A stretch of DNA of 54,573 nt, counting the filler, from Sluysia triapertura (taxonomy: Eukaryota): assembly GCA_046118255.1 (NCBI GenBank). It is 4 parts of 4 records of this genome, joined end to end, with 100 filler letters (N's around TTAATTAATTAA, not from the genome) between each part and the next. Parts side by side here need not be neighbours in the genome. Positions count along the whole stretch, not along the records: positions 43,449 to 54,573 come from JBJNIA010188511.1; 3 more parts are not named here. One strand, written 5' to 3'. How positions within the stretch are numbered: the first letter of the stretch is position 1; each line of letters begins with the position of its first letter. This document shows positions 50,600-54,573 of the stretch, piece by piece. The translations under genes were made by a program, and so were the position numbers. The notes beneath the pieces were generated by a model. The model was not told where the DNA came from and searched no databases. It saw only the letters and a list, made by a program, of their open reading frames with translations.

Positions 50600-52835
50600 T
50601 CTTATTTTTGATAATAATCCTCTTACTATTAATCCGAAAAGGCTGGAAAATCTATATTTCACAGACGATCAAACCTCCCTCTTATGACAAAGGAACTATC
50701 AATACTTCAGTACTCCCATCATATTCAATTAATCCATTACTTACGAACACCAACTTTCCAAAATTGGACGTCGAATTTAATACATGAAATTTCCATCTAT
50801 ACTAACCACTATAATAACCTATCCTTGCGAATCACAATTTCAAGAGAATACCGAAAATACTCCTAATTCGAAATTACTAGCCAATTTCAAACAACTACGA
50901 CATAATCGGACGTATCTATTAATAACATATCTATTGTTAATCTTAATCCCGTCTATAGAACGCGTCAAACAATTATTCATTACGTCAAGTTCTCTATTAA
51001 AATGAATGACTTTCTACAGGCGGACGAAACGATTAAGAGAGTAACAAACTATTTACAGATCCAAACTACATCGGATTCCATAAAGTTCTCCTTGTTTATT
51101 ATACCATTTATAGTCTTCGTCAAGTGCCTCAATTCTAAAATAAAAGTTGTGCGCGAAAATCACCTTGCCGTATGCAAAGAGATGCTCCCCGAAACATATT
51201 ATAAAATACCTATTTAGATACAAATTTTCATGGAATAATGAACTTTTAGATTTGGAGTTTTAGGATCTAGAAACTTCGAAAATTTCAATTACCTTTACGA
51301 AAGAGGAGATTATGACATACGATATTGTGACGGACCCCGATGATAATGATCCATATTTTGATGATGCAAGAAATAATTCTATAACCACGACTCCGGAACT
51401 AACAAATTATTCACGTACAACTGCCCTCTTGACGGTTAGTGATTCGCAAAATCTACCTAGTTCCCGAGATCTCAATGAATTCCACGGCAAAAGTAGTCTA
51501 TCTAAAAGAGGAAAATACATACACCTATTCGACTAATCTAATACACGCAATGCTGATAGCCATAAGTATGCAGTTCTTATGGACCACGATTTCCATGATA
51601 TTATCCATTTTGCAATGGCCAAAACCTATGACAATTCATAAAAAGTACGAGGACAACCCGCTATCAGCAGTCCAATGCGCTTAATGACATTAGGTAATCC
51701 TAACCTCGACAAATTCTGTCTGGCAAGATATAAAAAAATTGATGGTATGCCAATTCATGCACTTATAGACAGCGCTCCACCCTACAATATAAGGCGTTTT
51801 GAGTCTTTGCAGGTACAGGAATTAACCTTTCTTAGGTCAACTGCTGGTCAGTTGGTCGATGCTCTGGGTCGCGAACTGCCCATAATGGGCGTAATTTCCA
51901 ATCAAGTAGATATCCTAGATAGGAAAATAATAATCACCTTTATCCCACCTCTTGTATTATAGGTCTAGACACAATTCACGCATTAAATAACGTTTTTATT
52001 CATCCTATCACTGGACTTACTATTATTCACCCCATAACCAGTTATTATAACCGGATAGGATAACTTTACATATAAAGTACACATTTGTATACACACATTT
52101 TTTATCATTATTATAAACATATTTATTGGTATGTAGTGTATAGACTCATAATCGTATAAGTTAGGATAATAATTAATCTCGGTGCATGAAGTCCGCTGAT
52201 CTCATCTTGCTGAGTAGTCAGCACAACACCAGAGGTTATCATTTACAGTAAATATTTAAATAGGATTTCATCGATTTGATGCTTAAGGATTCAAGTTTTC
52301 TCCTTAAAGTCTGTATTATAAGCATGCTTTGCCCTATTTGCTTAGATTCTTTAGCGTATTATTATGTTAAATGTTCACCTTATGGTCATAGTTGCAATCA
52401 CAAATGTCTCTATATCACAAATGTCCAATGTGCGGAACACAAGTAGTATATTATCAACTTTTCTTTAAATTTCAATTGACCCCCAAACCTTCTAGTATTG
52501 CACAACAAAATCCAAAGTATAAGTTAAACGCTCAAATTCCCCCTCCACCTGATCTTTCGTTAGCTCTAACACCATCTCAACGGAAACACCACCGTCGTAT
52601 ACAGCTAAAAAACTTTTATAAATCTATTAACGTCTATTCAGAGAATCCTACGCGCATCATAAATCCTTTTCTTAAAAATATTATATAAATGTTATTCTGA
52701 AATAATAGTCATTATGTGTATATTTATCATTTTTATCTATTTTATTGTATGTACATTATTATATGGATTTTATTGTTATATTACCTCACGTAAATAGCTT
52801 TGGGGACAAAGCTTCCCCACCATGGAAGGAATGTT
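50600..52835 (+). mobile_element. Decayed LTR-retrotransposon internal region (gag-like plus protease, internally deleted)
   Basis: KIDGMPIHALIDSA..DALGRELPIMG..VL*GLD retropepsin remnant at 51675-51975. TTTGGGGACAAAG..GGAAGGAA-TG near 52800-52833 resembles a pre-LTR/PPT junction. Boundaries approximate. Confidence 0.55.
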
Positions 52836-53089
52836 GAATTAATATTATTTTAAAGTTAATATTTAAAAAATTTCGCTTACTATAATCAAATATGTAAATT
52901 ATATATGATTAAAATTAAATTACACATGTAAATTATAAAATTAAAATACAAAAATCAAAATTTAAAACATTAGTAAACAAAATTACAGTATTTTACAAAG
53001 AGAAATAATCAAGTAAATATTTAATACAAGAACAATATTCAGTGCAAGAACAATGGTCCTAAGAGACTGTAATAATACTGATACCTGTG

Positions 53090-53300
53090 GTAATGACAAA
53101 AGCCTATTGTCATTATCGTCATTTTTAATATTACAAAAAGCAAATTGTCAATAAAAGTATCTATTGTAAAAGTAATGATAAAAACCTATTATTATCATCA
53201 TTATAGCAAATAGTTAATAAAAGATCTATTGAAATGGTAAAAAGTAATGACAAAAGCCTATTGTCATTATTGTCATTATTAATGTTACTAAAAGCTTATT
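53090..53300. repeat. Minisatellite, 3 units of ~72-82 bp with palindromic core TAATGACAA-AAGCCTA-TTGTCATTA
   Basis: Units start at 53090, 53172 and 53244. Confidence 0.8.
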
Positions 53301-54504
53301 ATTTTATGAGAGAAATAATAATCAATGTATATTATAGAGAATAATAATAAACATAATAAATAAATTAGATTACAGAAAAAGGAATAAATAATATAAAGTT
53401 AATTATTATTATAAAAAGACAATAACCATTAGTTTAAAAAAGCGTATATAAAGAAACAACCAAAAAGTATTTGGTTCAATTTGCAATTATTATTCGAAGA
53501 ATATTTGTTGAAGAAGAAGAAGCTACTCATTGAAGATATCAAAACTGCTGTTCGAGTTAAAGGTATTTGTTATATCCAACTCAAGGTATTTGAATAACTG
53601 GCATTTTTATAATTTAAAATACAATTTATAATTTTACTTTTTAACTGAAAATTTCATCAGAATATCATTTAAAAGTAAGTGTTAAATTTAAATTTAATTT
53701 TAAAAGAAGTTTATAAGCACCCAAAATATAACTACGTGTGGTACATTTTTTGTGAATATTCGAACTATTTTTTATAGACTTTGTATTCGTTACTTAAATT
53801 TGTTAAATAAACATTTAGCGAGTTTAGTTTATATTATTTGATTTTTGGGGAGAGGAACTTGACTTTTAACGTTAATCAAACAAAATTTAACTTCCATCTC
53901 TCACATCAGAGACGAGTGAACAGTAACCTCCAGATAGAATTATTAGTGTTAGAATAATCATCTTAAACTCAAGTTATAATTTTAACATCTACAAGTTAAG
54001 TAGAAGTCAAGGACATAAAATTATAATTAACTTCCATATTTATTCTAAAAGCTATTCTTTGTAAAAATAAACAGCTGTTTGACAAATATTGAAGAAGAAT
54101 TAATTGTGTTGTAAAAATGGTAAATTAAAATGAAGAGAATATCAAATACGATAATAATTTATTATACTCAAATAAATACATTAAAAAATCAATTGACAGT
54201 TATTTTTCAATTAAATATGCCGATAAAGACGAATAGAAATAACATCAGATGATCGTGTATAAGTGTTTGCAGAGTGGACGTTGTAAATTTCGGAAGTAAT
54301 AAAAATACCAACAAGAAAATGTTTACATATAACAATTTATACAGAACGTACGATAAAAATAAGTGGTCGGTTATGTGCGCCTGCTTCTTTAAATATACAA
54401 CCAGCTATTAGAAAGTGTCAAATTATGGAAAGATTACTAAATATTTAGAAATATTAATTAAGCACATTTACTACTTATTTTATAGTAGATCCCAACTACA
54501 TAAA

Positions 54505-54573
<69 letters not shown>
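54505..54573. repeat. (TAT)n microsatellite at window end
   Basis: Direct inspection. Confidence 0.98.

Noticed and set aside
53090-53300. CRISPR-like palindromic repeats
   Set aside because: The 'spacers' resemble each other, units are degenerate, there are no cas genes and the context is eukaryotic: a minisatellite.

Overview
Very AT-rich eukaryotic (metazoan-like) scaffold with three artificial 100-bp gap linkers (N44-TTAATTAATTAA-N44) and very short introns (33-76 nt) alongside kb-size TE-filled introns. Four host genes are recognisable on the + strand: the 3' exons of TMEM135, Hakai/CBLL1 (two apparent frameshifts), the 5' part of Bax inhibitor-1 (TMBIM6) and the 5' part of fructose-1,6-bisphosphatase. 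Most of the rest is decayed transposon sequence (Tc1, piggyBac, maT/rosa-like mariner, L2 LINE, Polinton-like integrase, SWIM remnant, a second Gypsy remnant, TGT..ACA non-autonomous families). The standout is a Ty3/Gypsy-type element on the minus strand (~8130-13813, cut by a gap) with an unusual layout. What looks like the membrane-anchor end of a chuvirus/gB-type glycoprotein sits directly upstream of PR-RT-RH-IN. Downstream of IN lies an intact 612-codon ORF made of a second retropepsin followed by two signal-peptide/ectodomain/TM units with a PPxY tail. A second notable item is a ~160-bp element (3 copies) carrying a tRNA-derived core but having TGTT..AACA ends and perfect 4-bp target-site duplications, so apparently integrase-mobilised rather than a classical SINE. 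All family assignments come from motif recognition by eye; no database searches were run.
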